Assembly: GCA_002269645.1 (NCBI GenBank) | Contig: NIVC01003103.1 | Span: forward strand, 1-64,000 | DNA: 64,000 nucleotides | From: Macrostomum lignano | Lineage: Eukaryota | Direction: 5' to 3' | Shown: positions 1 through 12,670 of the stretch, in pieces | How the letters are laid out: each line of letters starts with the position of its first letter | Numbering within the stretch: the stretch's first letter is position 1 | Notes under the pieces: generated by a model | Databases searched by the model: none | Told to the model about the DNA's origin: nothing | Seen by the model: the letters and a program-made list of their open reading frames with translations, nothing else | Translations under genes and position numbers: made by a program

Positions 1-818
1 GGAGTCAAGGCTCGTTTACTCATACGCCGCCATCAATGAGACCTATTTTAAGCGATCACATGGCTTGTACATGTACATACTTTTTCGTCACGGCTGGTTC
101 ACCATGTACACCATTGGTGTGATTTGCATTGATGGCCAACAATTGTTGGCGGTGTAAACAAGGCCGGCTATCATTCACGACTCTCAGTTCAGTCATGCTG
201 TACACTGCCTTCTCTAAGCTTTTCGGGGCTCAACTTCTTCATGGCAAAATGTGAAAGTGTCTCAACTTGCGTCGAATATTTCATTTGTGCGTACCTCGAA
301 CTTGACACTAAAGACACTGTTAAGCTGCGCCCCTCAAGCGTAAAGTTGACACAGCGCGCAGGCCACATGCACATGAAAGCTATTTTAGCTGCCATTGGAA
401 TATGTACAGTGCCGCCTGAATATTGAAATCATGCAGAGAAGATTATCCCTTTGCTCTAGCAAAAGTTTGGAACTTCTTTGGCTGAGACGAATTTTCTGCA
501 GTCTTCTTCAAGCATGACATCCTGACAGGAACTTAAAGTGCATTTGACGGCAACTTATGCATGCAGCTTGAAAATAAACAAGCTGCAAAATTTTAATTAG
601 CTTTTTAATGCGACTGACAAAGCCGCAGACTTAAGCCGCAATAAATATTATTGTAAAAAGACGAGCAAACACTGTAAGGAATGTATTTTGTGTGACAGAA
701 ATCTTAGACACAGTTTTACCAGTCATTTTCAGATGCCAAAAGAACCGTACTTTGGTGCAGCATATGCAAAGGCTGGAACTGTCCCACCCCAACTGAGATC
801 CGCAGTCCGAACCCCAGG

Positions 819-3005
819 TCAGAACAGGTAGCCAGCCTCTTCGGTTGCCATGGCACCCCGCAGCGTCTTCTCCCGCAGTTTGGTCTGCAGCAGGATGTGC
901 TGAAGGACCCCGGCCCGGATGTCCATCTCCTTGAGCTCGTTCTTCAACCGCTGCAGGGCCTTCTTGATTCGCATCAGCGGCGAGCCGTCCGTCATTGAGT
1001 TTCCGCGCTCCTCCATCTCGGATTTCACTCGCTCCAGCTCCTCGGAGATCTCCTGCAGCTGCCGGCCGCGGTCGTTGATGCCCCGGAGGCCTGCTTGTAG
1101 CGCTCGCGGGCCTCGGCCAGGCGGTCCTGCGCGGCCCGGAGCTCCCTTAGCGCGCCTTCCACCTGGCTGTTGAGATACTTCTCTCTGCTGCCCAGCTTCT
1201 CCAGACTGCGTCCGATGTCCTCCTCCATGCGCTTCAGCTGCTGCTGGACCTGGCATCGAGGAGTGAGCGTTGCGGATTCAGAGATGGGGGGTCACAGATG
1301 GGGGAGTCATAGATGGAGGAGTCAGCGGTTGAGAAGTCAGCGATTGAGGAGTCAGCGATTGGGGTGTCAGTGATGGGAGAGTCAGGGAGGTAGGCACGGA
1401 GGGCAGTGAAGGTCAAGGAGACCAAGAGCGCCAGTGAGTCAATGGAGTCAGATGTGGCCATGAAGATGACAAAACGACGCGGTGGAACAGAAGAACAGCA
1501 GAGGGGGAGAGCGGGGCGGAGGCAGACAGGCCACCAACCTGTCCATAGCAGTCTCCGATAGCCTTCTGATACTGGTGCATGGAGTCCAGGTGCACCCGCC
1601 AGTCCTTGCCCTCGGCGCGCAGAACAACTTTGAGCTGCGGCTGCACCCGCTCCACCTCCAGCATCCATTCGGTGGAGTCGGTGTTGGACTCCAGGATCAC
1701 CTCCGGCTTCAGCACGGCGTCGCCCTGGGAGCCTCCGGCGGCCGCGGACGCTGCGGCGGCCATCTTGGCCAGGCCGTCCACGTCCGGCACGTTGTCCTCA
1801 TCCTCGATGAAGTCGTCGTCGGAGAACTCGTCGGCCACGCCGCCCTGGTCGTCCAGAGTCTTCACCGCCGACTCCGACTCGTCCTCGATGACATCGACGT
1901 GGTCCTCGCCGGCGTCAGTCGGGTAGCGCGGCTTGTCGAACACGAACCGGCGCACCTGCGACAGGTGGGTGGGTGGGGTTGGAAACTCTGCAGCCGGATC
2001 TACCGACAGAAAGACTGAAAAGCTGTTAGGCATGAAATTTCTGAATGAAAGGAAGTTCCTTCTGTCTGAAGTTCGAAGCTTGGCTCAATGCTTCTAAGGT
2101 GTATAAATAAGCGATAGCTGCTGTTTTTCTCCGCACATAGTTTAGCTAGAGAGAGAATCGCTGGCTACCCTGCAGAATGTAACCTCGTTTTACATTTTTG
2201 TAAGTCAAGAAAATATTAAGTGTTATTAAAAATACTAATTGCAGGTTTGTAGGCCCCAGACGCAACGCCTTCGACGACACCGTCCCACAGCTAGCGAGCG
2301 GTGAGGCAATTCTGCCCATTGCTCAACTCCCTCATGGGTGTAAATCTTTTCGTGCACACAAGCCCCAAATTAATGCGACCGCGCACGAAACTAGGGGTCC
2401 CGGCGCCAGAATCAAACGCGTTGATTGTTATATCTGATAGATTTAGTTATCGATTTATTTCACGCTATAAAAGATCACGCTCACCTGAAGAGCCTCCTCT
2501 GAGAGCTTGAGCAGCACGTACACCACCTGCGGTCCCGAGCCGGACTTCAGCTTGCTCGGCGGAAAGTCGATGCTGTGCCCAAGACTGCGCACGGCGTCCA
2601 GAATGCCGCTGACGATGGCGTTGGGGTCGTCGTACTCCTGCGGCTCCTCCATGTCTTTGCCGCCCATCCGGACCAGCCAGGAGGCCAGGCAGCCGAAGGC
2701 GTGGAACTGCTCGCCCGAGTTGGTTGCCATGGCGAAGTAGTGCCGCGAGATGGGTTTGTGGTGCAGCTGCCTGTTTATAAAAATCAGGGGTGACTTGTAG
2801 TGAAATTGCTGCTAAATTCAATTGAAAAATGCTCATGGACTCAGATATGAACTGCAGTCTGGCTCCAATATGGCTGTTTTTTTGCTTACTTGCAATATTC
2901 CCTGTCATAGTCCAATAGCTTTAGGTTGTCAAGCACTGCTTCCATGTTGAGGAAGACCTGGTAGGCGGCTCCAGGCCCATCTTCAATCTCATCTTCTGTG
3001 GCCAT
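819..3005 (-). CDS. IFT57: Intraflagellar transport protein 57 (4 coding exons; 1-nt frameshift in the last exon as assembled)
   Basis: Exons 3005-2890, 2770-2485, 1955-1539 and 1249-819, all with GT-AG junctions. They give MATEDEIEDGPGAAYQVFLNME..., GEQFHAFGCLASWL...PQEYDDPNAIVSGIL...DFPPSKLKSG, EWMLEVERVQPQLKV...DWRVHL and MEERGNSMTDGSPL...EMDIRAGVLQH, all recognisable IFT57 motifs. The last exon is 431 nt, one base short of frame, at a G run near 1081-1084. Confidence 0.95.
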
Positions 3006-5091
3006 TGCATGCAGGTAAGTTAAGGCATCATAGTGCCATTAATTATACAGCCTTGAACATAAAACACAATTTGCAAAAATAAGCAATGCTGCACAATTAT
3101 TTTGTTAAAATATAGTGTGTAAATTAATAAAATTGATAGTTAATAAATTATTTATTAACACTTGATACAACAAAATTCAAATTAAAAAATACTAATACTT
3201 TTAAGGCCAATCTGCATCATGACTTAAGAATTAAACGAAAAATCAACATCATGGATGCTTTCAACTATCATTTATGGTTCTCACTGGCTACAATTTGAGC
3301 TGGTCATTATTAACACACTCATTCAGATATTATCAAAATGAAGCTCCACTTTATAAGCTTTTGATAAGAAATTTAATATAAATGCCTTCTTCACTTAGTA
3401 ACAGTTGTTTGGAGGTTGAAAACTTAAACAGGATAAATTAGGTTGAATTTTTGTGTTTTTAATATAATATTAACTGAATTGATTTTTGCATAAGACAAAT
3501 GTATAATTTCGATTTTTCTATACATTTTATACACTTCAGAAGGCTGGATATAGATTTACCTTGAATGTAAATATTATTGTGTGATAATGATTGACTTTTC
3601 AACACAATATAAACAGACACGTACAATTGTTTAAAAATATAACCGATATTAAATTAAATATAAATGTTATACACATAAATCTAAGATCCAATATCAAACG
3701 CATCTATAGTCCATTAACTTGATACCTTTCTGGATCAACTCAAGATCCTGAGCAATAATGATAAAATACTGTTATATGTAACTAAATAAAACATTGAATA
3801 GTGTTAGTCGATCCACTAATATATATAGCTCATATAATAATTGTCGTAAAAGCTTATTGTTTTATTTAACGAGGTTTCATAATAAAATTGACTTAAATAA
3901 TTGAGCAAAAATTTACATTTAAAACGGATAATAAACTACGGACTCAATTTGATCGTTAAAACAATTAATTACAGTATAGTATAGAGACTTCCAAAGTTCG
4001 TAAAAAGTTGTATTATAGATTACATTAAATTTATTATTTAAAAATTCTAGATATAGATATACAGTAGGTTTGACTTCAGAAAGTTTAGGATTAGTAAGAT
4101 TCGTCATCCCAATCTCGGATTCGCCAGTCCTCTCAATCGATGTTCCTCTTAAAAATCCATCCTATTTGCTTCTTTAAATATTAACATACATTAATAAAAG
4201 TGTACCCAAAGAAGCTTCAATACAATTCTGTTCAATTTGACTCCTAAACCTTAATCATCACACTGTTAATAATCACCACCATAACACCACCAGCTAGCTT
4301 ACCGCCGATATAATGCAGTTACATGACTATTCTCTAAATTGTATTTTGATCGTAAAACTCATTAGAATTGAGCACTGGATACAGATGTGCAGAGATAAAG
4401 CTAAAATTCACGTTATGAGAAGGAACCAAATAGAAAATCGAGTTGCATTATATTGACTAGACCTACACGTACATGAAAGTTTTGGGACGTACCCACATGT
4501 GTACTATTATATAAAGGATGTGAGGACGTACAGTATGTAGTGTCAGCATCTTGCGCAATTTGTTATCATTTGTTGCTATTTGTTATTTGATATTAGTTAT
4601 TGATATTTTGTTCTTTTTTTAAGGTCAGACTAAGAGCTTAAGACAAAGGGTACATGTCAGTGAATTGGTCAAAATGCGACTTCAGAAAACCGGCTTGGCC
4701 CAGCGAAGGGTCACGCGGTCTGCACCCCACTAAAGTTTACCCCGACTTTAAATCAGCCGACCAATCATGCAGAAGCCCTCGAGCACGTGGCACGGCTGAA
4801 GAGCGAAATCTAGCTTATAAGGGCTGAGAGCGTTGTGGGTCCAGTGCAATCGGAGTTACAGATCGGGCAAGGCCAGCCAACCCACCATGCAACGGGCTTG
4901 GAGGGGGTTTCTCCTCTTCCTCTCTCCTGTCTTCTTTTCAATCTCCCGTTTTTCAATCCACCTCATTAGGCGACGTTCCGCGCATTGAAAGCGCGTTGAC
5001 TCCGCCCCCGGAATGCCTGCGCTTACCCTGCCAGACCGCAGTAGTCTTGCCAGCGTAACGTTCTTCGGCGGTTTGTTTCGAGTATCGCTGC

Positions 5092-5260
5092 CTAGATCAC
5101 AGATACTAAATACACGCTGTACTCGTCGCTTGTAAATTTCCTTTTTTAAAGCTACTTTTAGTAGGCACGAAAGCGCAATGCTGAATTTAATGCTGAAATC
5201 CCTAATTTTTATCAGCAGCCAATCGCTACTAGATATCGGTATTTAGTATCTGTGGTCTAG
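5092..5260. mobile_element. Small MITE-like element with 22-bp terminal inverted repeats
   Basis: ctagatcacagatactaaatac (5092-5113) matches the reverse complement of 5239-5260 (ctagaccacagatactaaatac) with 1 mismatch. The termini are compatible with a TA or CTAG target duplication. Confidence 0.6.
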
Positions 5261-6000
5261 AAATAGAAGCTCAATCTCTGAAAGTTGGCACACGGTACTC
5301 GACCACGTCACCGAGGACCCCGGGCGGTGTTTCACTCGAAGGTGAAACCCATGTAGACTTGATAGGATTTGGTCGAGTCTTCACTGTCAATCAGTGAGCG
5401 TCCTCAGCTTCCGAGAGTAGGACTTGGGATGTAGGCCAGCCTCAGGGAAGACTTATCTTCGTCTCCCTCTGACTAACTCAATCATTCCTCAATGTATCAT
5501 CTTAATTATTCATTAAGATTTAACTGCTCGAGTTTATTCGCGTTAAACCAGTGCTAATTATTAATTCGAATCATTTCGAATTATTTCAGTTTAAATTTAA
5601 TCATTGAGCATTGGGAAAAGACGGAATCGCTCCTGCCTTTAAGTGGCGCTTGGACAATTTTTTATTGTCCTCTTTCGCCTCGGACTTGTGTCCAGCAAGC
5701 CTCTACAAAGTCTGTTGGGTCGAAATGCACGGAGCAGATTCTCGAATTCTTGGTTGATTCGAAATATTTCCTTGGATTTGCTTATTTTCACTTAGTAGCT
5801 CAGGGTCCAGCAGAAGATAGCCGTGACAGGTGAGTCCTGCTGTGCCGTCCGCTCGATTATGCAGTGTGCGTACGCATGGTATGATAGCCCAGTGGTACAC
5901 CCGGGCGGTCTGATTGGCTGCGGAGTGGGGTTGGATGCCGCCACCCCAATTCCGCCACCCCAATTCCGTCACCCCAATTCTATTGTAACTCCAAAATATA

Positions 6001-6650
6001 CTCAGCAACAGCTAACCCCCCCCCCAACTCACGCTGTCACACGGGCACAACAGTTAAGCAATGTCTTTAATTCTAGTCTCAGTATCGTGTGTAGGAACCA
6101 CGAGCATGCAAAAGTGCCGTGACTCGTCGTGGGCTCGTGGCATCCTGATCACCAGCCGGTTGATGAACTCTTGGGGCAGCTGCTGCCAGACATTCAGCAC
6201 CGCCAGTCGCAACTGTTCAGCATTCTGTGGGGCATCCTGCTGAACTCTTCGCTTTACAAAGTCCCAGACATGCTCGATGGGGTTCATGTCTGGAGACTTT
6301 GACGGCCAGTTCAATGTGCGAATGCCGAGCTGCTCCTTCAGCAGCTGCACGTGTGCTGCTCGATGTGGCGCAGCGTTGTCGTCTTGAAGAATGCAGTTCT
6401 GCGGGCCGCCAAAGGTTGTCGTAGCAAATGGCAGAAACTGCTGCTGTAGCTGTAGCTCTGATGGTTTACCATTGCGCAATGCAGCCACCAGTGGGTTGAG
6501 TTGCGCCACACCCTCCCCAAATCCCCCATGCCGCACTTTGCGCTCGCGTCTGGCGGCGGCAGCCTTCACACATTTCTGAGTCACCGATGGCATACAAAAC
6601 TTTTGGGCCGTGTGACAGCGTGAGTTTGGGGGGGTTTAGCTGTTGCTGAG
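6001..6650 (-). mobile_element. Internally deleted Tc1 (DD34E) DNA transposon
   Basis: About 45-bp TIRs (ctcagcaacagctaa-polyC-aactcacgctgtcacacgg) at 6001 and 6650, flanked by TA (5999-6000, 6651-6652). ORF 6593-6054 contains QDDNAAPH...WPSKSPDMNPIEHVW, with 34 residues between D and E. No HTH domain or first catalytic D. Confidence 0.9.
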
Positions 6651-8766
6651 TATATATAAAATGCGTGTCCAGCGATTGTAAGAGTTCGCCCCATGTTGTT
6701 ACAGAAATAAAATAATTATAGTTTCGTTTCCTGTCCCGTTGCTTAAATCAAAGTCGTCCATGGCGCATGGAACTGAAAGTTTATAAGGAACAATGTAGCA
6801 TCTGACTCACCGAGGATTACCGTCTGTTTAGTGTTGCTTTGTGGGCGGCTGTAGGCTATAGGCCGCGTGCAATGTGTGCTAGGGGTTGCGGCTGACTTCG
6901 GTGTGGGGCGGGGGGTTGGCGGTTAGCTTTAAAACCCTTGACTTATGCTCCGTCAGTGGTCGCTCCTCTGTTCGTTCTCAGCCGAGAGCAAAGCAAGAAA
7001 GACCCCCGTAAGAAGCGCTCGTAAGTGCTTCTCGCCATCTTGCTTTACTACATTACATTGGAGTCTCTGCTGTGTCAGCCCCTAAAGTAGACAAAAGGAA
7101 CCACGCGCCCCGCTCGCTGCAGCGTAGCTTTTTCATTTACCGTGGCTGCTGGTTTTGATGACATCTCGAGCCACCGGATCGTCTGAAACTTTTTAATACC
7201 AGACTGCCAACATCCACAAAGAAGGCGTAGGTGAGTGCATGCCAGGACACCACACCTATGCTGTATTTTTATATAGAGCTGACTTTCTAGGAGTCCTAAT
7301 CTTGCGCACCTGCAGAATTCCTGTCCGGTCGGCAGGATAGATGGAATATGTGGACAGCTTGAACCTTGAGGTGAGATTATAGAAAAAGCATTGATTCGAT
7401 GTTCCTCTGTTCATTTACCCAACGCATCAGTCTGCTTAGCAATGAGTCTTTCATAAGGTCTTTTGATCTCTACATCATCCTGAGTAGTATTGGTATATAT
7501 TGAAGCTGACCATAACACACTCTTGGGCAGCCCAAGGTGTGTGGCAGATGTGGCAGTGGCACTGGCAGTTTCCAAACTATTCTGATTTTGTAAATAGCCC
7601 TATTTTCTAGGTAGCGATCTCAGCTACCCTTGAAAACCTTAAATTCCAATCATTAATAAAAACCCAACTACTTTGACAAATGGTAGTGCCACTGCCACTG
7701 CCACCACTAAGAACCTTAAATTCCAATCATTAAATAAAGAGTTATTTTTTGATGTGTCGAACATTTTCAGGGTCAAAAATTTTCATAGGGACTTTGGTAA
7801 CGTCACCTGACTCCTGACGCAGACTCACTGAAAAATTCTGGAGAGTTTTTCTATAACCTTAACCCCCCCTCTTGAAGCATGTTAATGAGTATCGATTATT
7901 TGTAAAACTCATTTTCAACGTGTAAAACTTTTCCAGGATTTTGTAAAACTCATTATCAGTGTGTAAAAAATATCGAAATAATTTCATAAAAATGGCAAAA
8001 TTTTTTTTTTTTAAATAAAAAAATTCTAAATATTCAAAATGACCGACTCTCTTGATACTATTTCTAGAGAATTGCCATTTCAGATAAAACCGAAGTCAAG
8101 TTATCCCCCCCCCCCCCTAGAAATTGATGATATTTGTGAGCTAAAAGAAGAATATGGAGAAATCGTAGTATCCATCGCCGAATATTTAAATGATGAAGAT
8201 TGGGAAGAGAGGAGTGTAGATTCAGAGCAGAACAATAGTGATTTTGAGAGTACTGAAGAGAATTGAAGAGGAGGCTGACTAATTCAGAACTTTCATACCC
8301 TGATTGTTCAGGGTTCAGGGTTCAGGGTTCAGGGTTCAGGGAAAAACCCGCATACAGTCTCCATTGTTCTCAGAAAAAGGGAACTTCCGCACAGCCTCTC
8401 AAAAGGGGAACTCCCCTATGAGTCATCCTAAAAGCTGCCAAATCATCGTTGTAAATATCCCATTGGTTGGCGTATGCAATTTGACACGTCGACTATCAGC
8501 TTATACAAAAGAGCTAGAACTACAGAAAACAGACATTCAATCCGCAACACTGACATTGAACGAGCTAGATCTTGTCACATTATTCATGTATGGCCCCAAT
8601 GTACATTTGAAAGGCTCTCAACTTCAACTTTCTGCACACCATTCAAGGTAGAGAGCAATGTTGAGAATACCGAGAAGAAAGAAATCCATATCGACACGAA
8701 AAGCAAAGTTAGCATCAATGAGTTCAGCTGTAAGTTCTCAATTTTCTTTTTTATCCTGCTTTACTT

Positions 8767-9312
8767 CCATGCACAGCCAGCCCAATGCAGTCACTGATCC
8801 CACAGCCAGCCCCATGCAGTCAATGATCCCACAGCCAGCCCCATGCAGTCAATGATCCCACAGCCAGCCCCATGCAGTCACTGATCCCACAGCCAGCCCC
8901 ATGCAGTCAATGATCCCACAGCCAGCCCCATGCAGTCAATGATCCCACAGCCAGCCCCATGCAGTCAATGATCCCACAGCCAGCCCCATGCAGTCACTGA
9001 TCCCACAGCCGGCCCCATGCAGTCACTGATCCCACAGTCAGCCCCATGCAGTCACTGATCCCACAGCCAGCCCGATGCAGTCACTGATCCCACAGCCAGC
9101 CCCATGCAGTCACTGATCCCACAGCCAGCCCTATGTAGTCACTGATCCCACAGCCAGCCCTATGTAGTCACTGATCCCACAGCCAGCCCCATGCAGTCAC
9201 TGATCCCACAGCCAGCCCCATGCAGTCACTGATCCCACAGCCAGCCCCATGCAGTCACTGATCCCACAGCCAGCCCCATGCAGTCACTGATCCCACAGCC
9301 AGCCCTATGTAG
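8767..9312. repeat. 29-bp minisatellite (cagccagccccatgcagtcactgatccca), ~19 copies
   Basis: Period of 29 read directly. Lies just upstream of the acceptor at 9424. Confidence 0.95.
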
Positions 9313-9424
9313 GCACCGCCCCAAAAAATGGAGGCGGTAACCCTGTAATCCTGGTCATGCAAGCAAGCATTAAATCGCATTTACAAACTACAAACAATAA
9401 ACAAACAACATTTTCTGCTTCCAG

Positions 9425-12400
9425 ACGAATCGCTGCCAGAGCTTCAGTGCCAGTTTTTGTGGCTGAGCGAGGAATTTATCAGCCCGGAGAAGTGCGCAGG
9501 CTATATTGAAACTGCCGAGGAGAAAATCAAATCCGACCCGCTCAACAGATCAGCATATCACACCATCATCGCTTATTTATACACGCGGCCGACCTTTAAA
9601 GTCGATTACAAAAAAGCAGAAGAACATCTGAAACTTGCTGAACAAATTTGTTCCAGAAGTCAAGAGAGTCCTTCAGAAACAGCTGCGTCCGCAGAGGAAG
9701 ATCAGTACGAAGGCATGCAAATTGACTGCGGCAGCAGCAGCGGCAGTGACACCTCAGCTGAAGTGAATCAACCGGTTGACGAAATTCTCGATTGCAAATT
9801 TATCGTTGATGCTCTGCGACTGTGGATCCGCCGGCAGCGCGGCTGTCCGATGAGGGAGTTGAGTGAAGAGTGGTTCGCGCTTCATCACAAGTGGACCGAT
9901 GCTATGAGGAGGGCTAGTGAAAAGAAGCAAGAAAGCTCAAAAGGAGCTCAAAAGACAGCGACTGAGGATGCAGAGTCCGAGCGAATGTTGGTCCACAGCT
10001 GGATTGTGGAGGCGCTGTCCTACCGCCATTTCGGTCGCAAATTTCTCCAGAAGGCTGCTGCTGTATGTAGAAAAGCAAATAAACTCACCGGAAACAAGAA
10101 TCTCTCCGCTCTGTTCGGCGAAGCCAACGCAGTGGCGATAATCAGGCGAGACACTCGCTTTATTATGAAGCCAAACCAGTACGAGATCCGCTTGTGGGCG
10201 CTGGCTTATGGACTTCGACCAGCTGATCCAGTCACCAGGTGCCACTTTCTAGCCAGCTGTGCCTTCGCTCTCATCAATTTCACTGCAGAGGAAAGCAATG
10301 GGAAAGAGGCCGAAAAAATCTGGGCAGAAATTCGCCGCGACGGAAAGCAGAAAACAGAGGATTCTCACTCCGGAATGGAAGATGATGATGAAAGTGAGGC
10401 TGGAGAATTTCAGAATCCCAAAACTGCAGGTCGTCCGCATCTTAGCTACCGACTGGCTAAAGAAGCCTTTTCTATGAAAGGCGAAGTCGATATCGAATCT
10501 GTGAAAAAGGCATTCGATCTCTGTCAAAGAGTATTTCGTAATCTTGGATTGACTGACAATGCAGATGAAGTGAAGGAAGCTCTGAAAGACGCAAGCAAAA
10601 ATTATTACATGGAAGCGGATCAGCTATTTACTGAGGCAAAAGAATTGAAAGGGGAAAAACGTCATGATGAAGCAAAAGAGAAATTTGCAGCCGCCAAAAG
10701 CAAATTGAAGGAATTGCCCGACGGGCAGAGAAATTGGATGTCGGAGTTTCTATTGATTAAAATCATTAACTTGGAAAGCAAAATTGATGGCGATGATAAT
10801 GCTGATTTCATCGAGCGGTTGTACGATGAAAGCGCAACGAGATTTAGCCAAAAAATATCTGTTATGGCTGAAGTTCTTGTTCGGAAAGGCCACTATCAAA
10901 TTTGCTTCGCCAAAAAGCCACTGGAAGGATGGCGGACACTTTACAGAGCGGTGGAACTTCACCCAGACTGCACTCATAAGTTTTACCCAATGGAGATTAA
11001 CTATATTGAATCGAAGGTCGCAGCTGCAAAAGATGAAAAAAATCTGGACGAGCTTCAACTTGCTTGGTTCTGGCAGACTTTTAGCATCAAGACCGACGAG
11101 AGTCTCGCATTCTGGTTCCTACACCACTCACCAAGACCAAATGAACCTAAGAAGAGAGTTGAGACCCTTTTCTGGCGAATTGAAACACCGAATTACTTAA
11201 GAAATAAAATAAATGACCGCAGTGACGAATGGAAATACTTCAAATCTCAGTTGAAACCTAAAGCTTTGATGCGAATTCGACAAGAATTTGAGAATGTCTA
11301 CGAAAAAGCTCTTTTGAATCCAGATGCCACTGAGTTCAGCGCAGAACACGGGCGATTTGCCCGCTTCCATCTGTGCAGGTCGCTGCTTGACCGCAAGACT
11401 GAAGTCCCTCACGACTCGAAACGGTATTTTCTTGACCTCGTGAATGAAAACGCTTCGCTGCCAGAGAAGCGCGTGAAGGCTGAGTGGATACTAACGCAGA
11501 TTTTGGGTCAAGAAAATGAGTTGAACATTGAAAACTTGCAGGAGTTCGTGTCTCTCGGCTGCAAGGACATTTTCCTAAAAATTCTCGACTACCTGATAAA
11601 GGGTAAGCCGAAATACCCGACCACGGAGCGGTACGAGACAGACGATCCGGAGCAGCTGGACTTCCGAGTCCCTTTCAGCACAGCTGCTTATGAGTTGTGC
11701 GCAAAGATGTTGAACTGCGCTGATTCTGAAGACAGCGGGTTTTACCTGCAGTCACTGCCCCTTGCTGTGGGTGAGGGGGGCAAGCAGCGAATCAAGTCTG
11801 ATGCAAAATTTGCCAGTTACTTGAAAAAGCAAATCGAAGAGTTTTTGGGCATAGAGCAGTCCAAGAGATCAGTTGACCGCGGCGTCGTTATGCGAGAAAT
11901 GCGGCTGAAACTGTCACGGAGGGCCCTCACTGCTGCGAGCAAGTCAGCAGAGAGCAGCAGCCAAACCGCTCAGTTTGAAATCGACTTATTGAAGAGGGCA
12001 AAGGAGCACTTGGACGGATTGGTTGAACTGCTGCCAACGGTAGATGGTAAAGATGCGACAGCAAACTATTTTCACGCCAGCAGAAACGATGGATTGAAAT
12101 TGACAAATGAAAACTGGACGGTACTTCAGACACCCAGCAGGCTGGAACCCGTGGTGGAGTGGATAGGAAAAGAAAAGCCTCTTGAAAGAAAACCCGAGTT
12201 CAGCCAAGAAGCCCGCGAAATTTCTCATGAAGAGGCAACTCAGCTGGCCAAAACACTCTTCACAAAGGGAAAGTCCCTTCAACAGAAGGCCAACATAAAG
12301 CTTACTGACGACATTTTGAGTTTCCTTGCACAACGCGAGGCGTTTACATGGCGCAAGCAAGGAGCCTGGCTGTTCCTTTGGACGCATTACGGCAACATGG

Positions 12401-12570
12401 TGCACAGGCGCAATCAGATGAAGGCAAGTGATTACCAAGAAGAAATCAAAACCAAACTGAAAAATCACGGAGGTCCTGATTCTATGTACCAGATGGCACA
12501 GTTCGCACTGGAGTTTGCCGAGGAAACTCAGTGGATTTTCGAAGATTGGATCAAGAAAAATAAAAATTGA
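9425..12570 (+). CDS. IFIT-like tetratricopeptide-repeat protein, ~1050 aa, one large exon; start exon unresolved
   Basis: Open frame from the acceptor ttttctgcttccag|ACGAA (phase 1). LPELQCQFLW resembles the IFIT signature LxxLECHFTW. YHTIIAYL...KAEEHLKLAEQI resembles YNLLAYV...ALECLEQAEEII, and EALSYRHFGRKFLQKAAAVCRKA resembles EKGWALLKFGGKYYQKAKAAFEKA. AATAAA follows the stop near 12637. Alignments are by eye, from memory of IFIT sequences. Confidence 0.75.
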
Positions 12571-12670
12571 TCACTAACTTGACAATGCGTTTCACGACTG
12601 CAGTTCGGACTGATTCAAAAAAGACGGTTATTAATTCAATAAATAAAATATGAGTTCTATTTGGCAGATT

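Noticed and set aside
1-720. Short ORFs at the window start
   Set aside because: No recognisable motif in the frames I translated.
8307-8342. (TTCAGGG)5 telomere-like run
   Set aside because: Too short, and not the TTAGGG motif; treated as a simple repeat.
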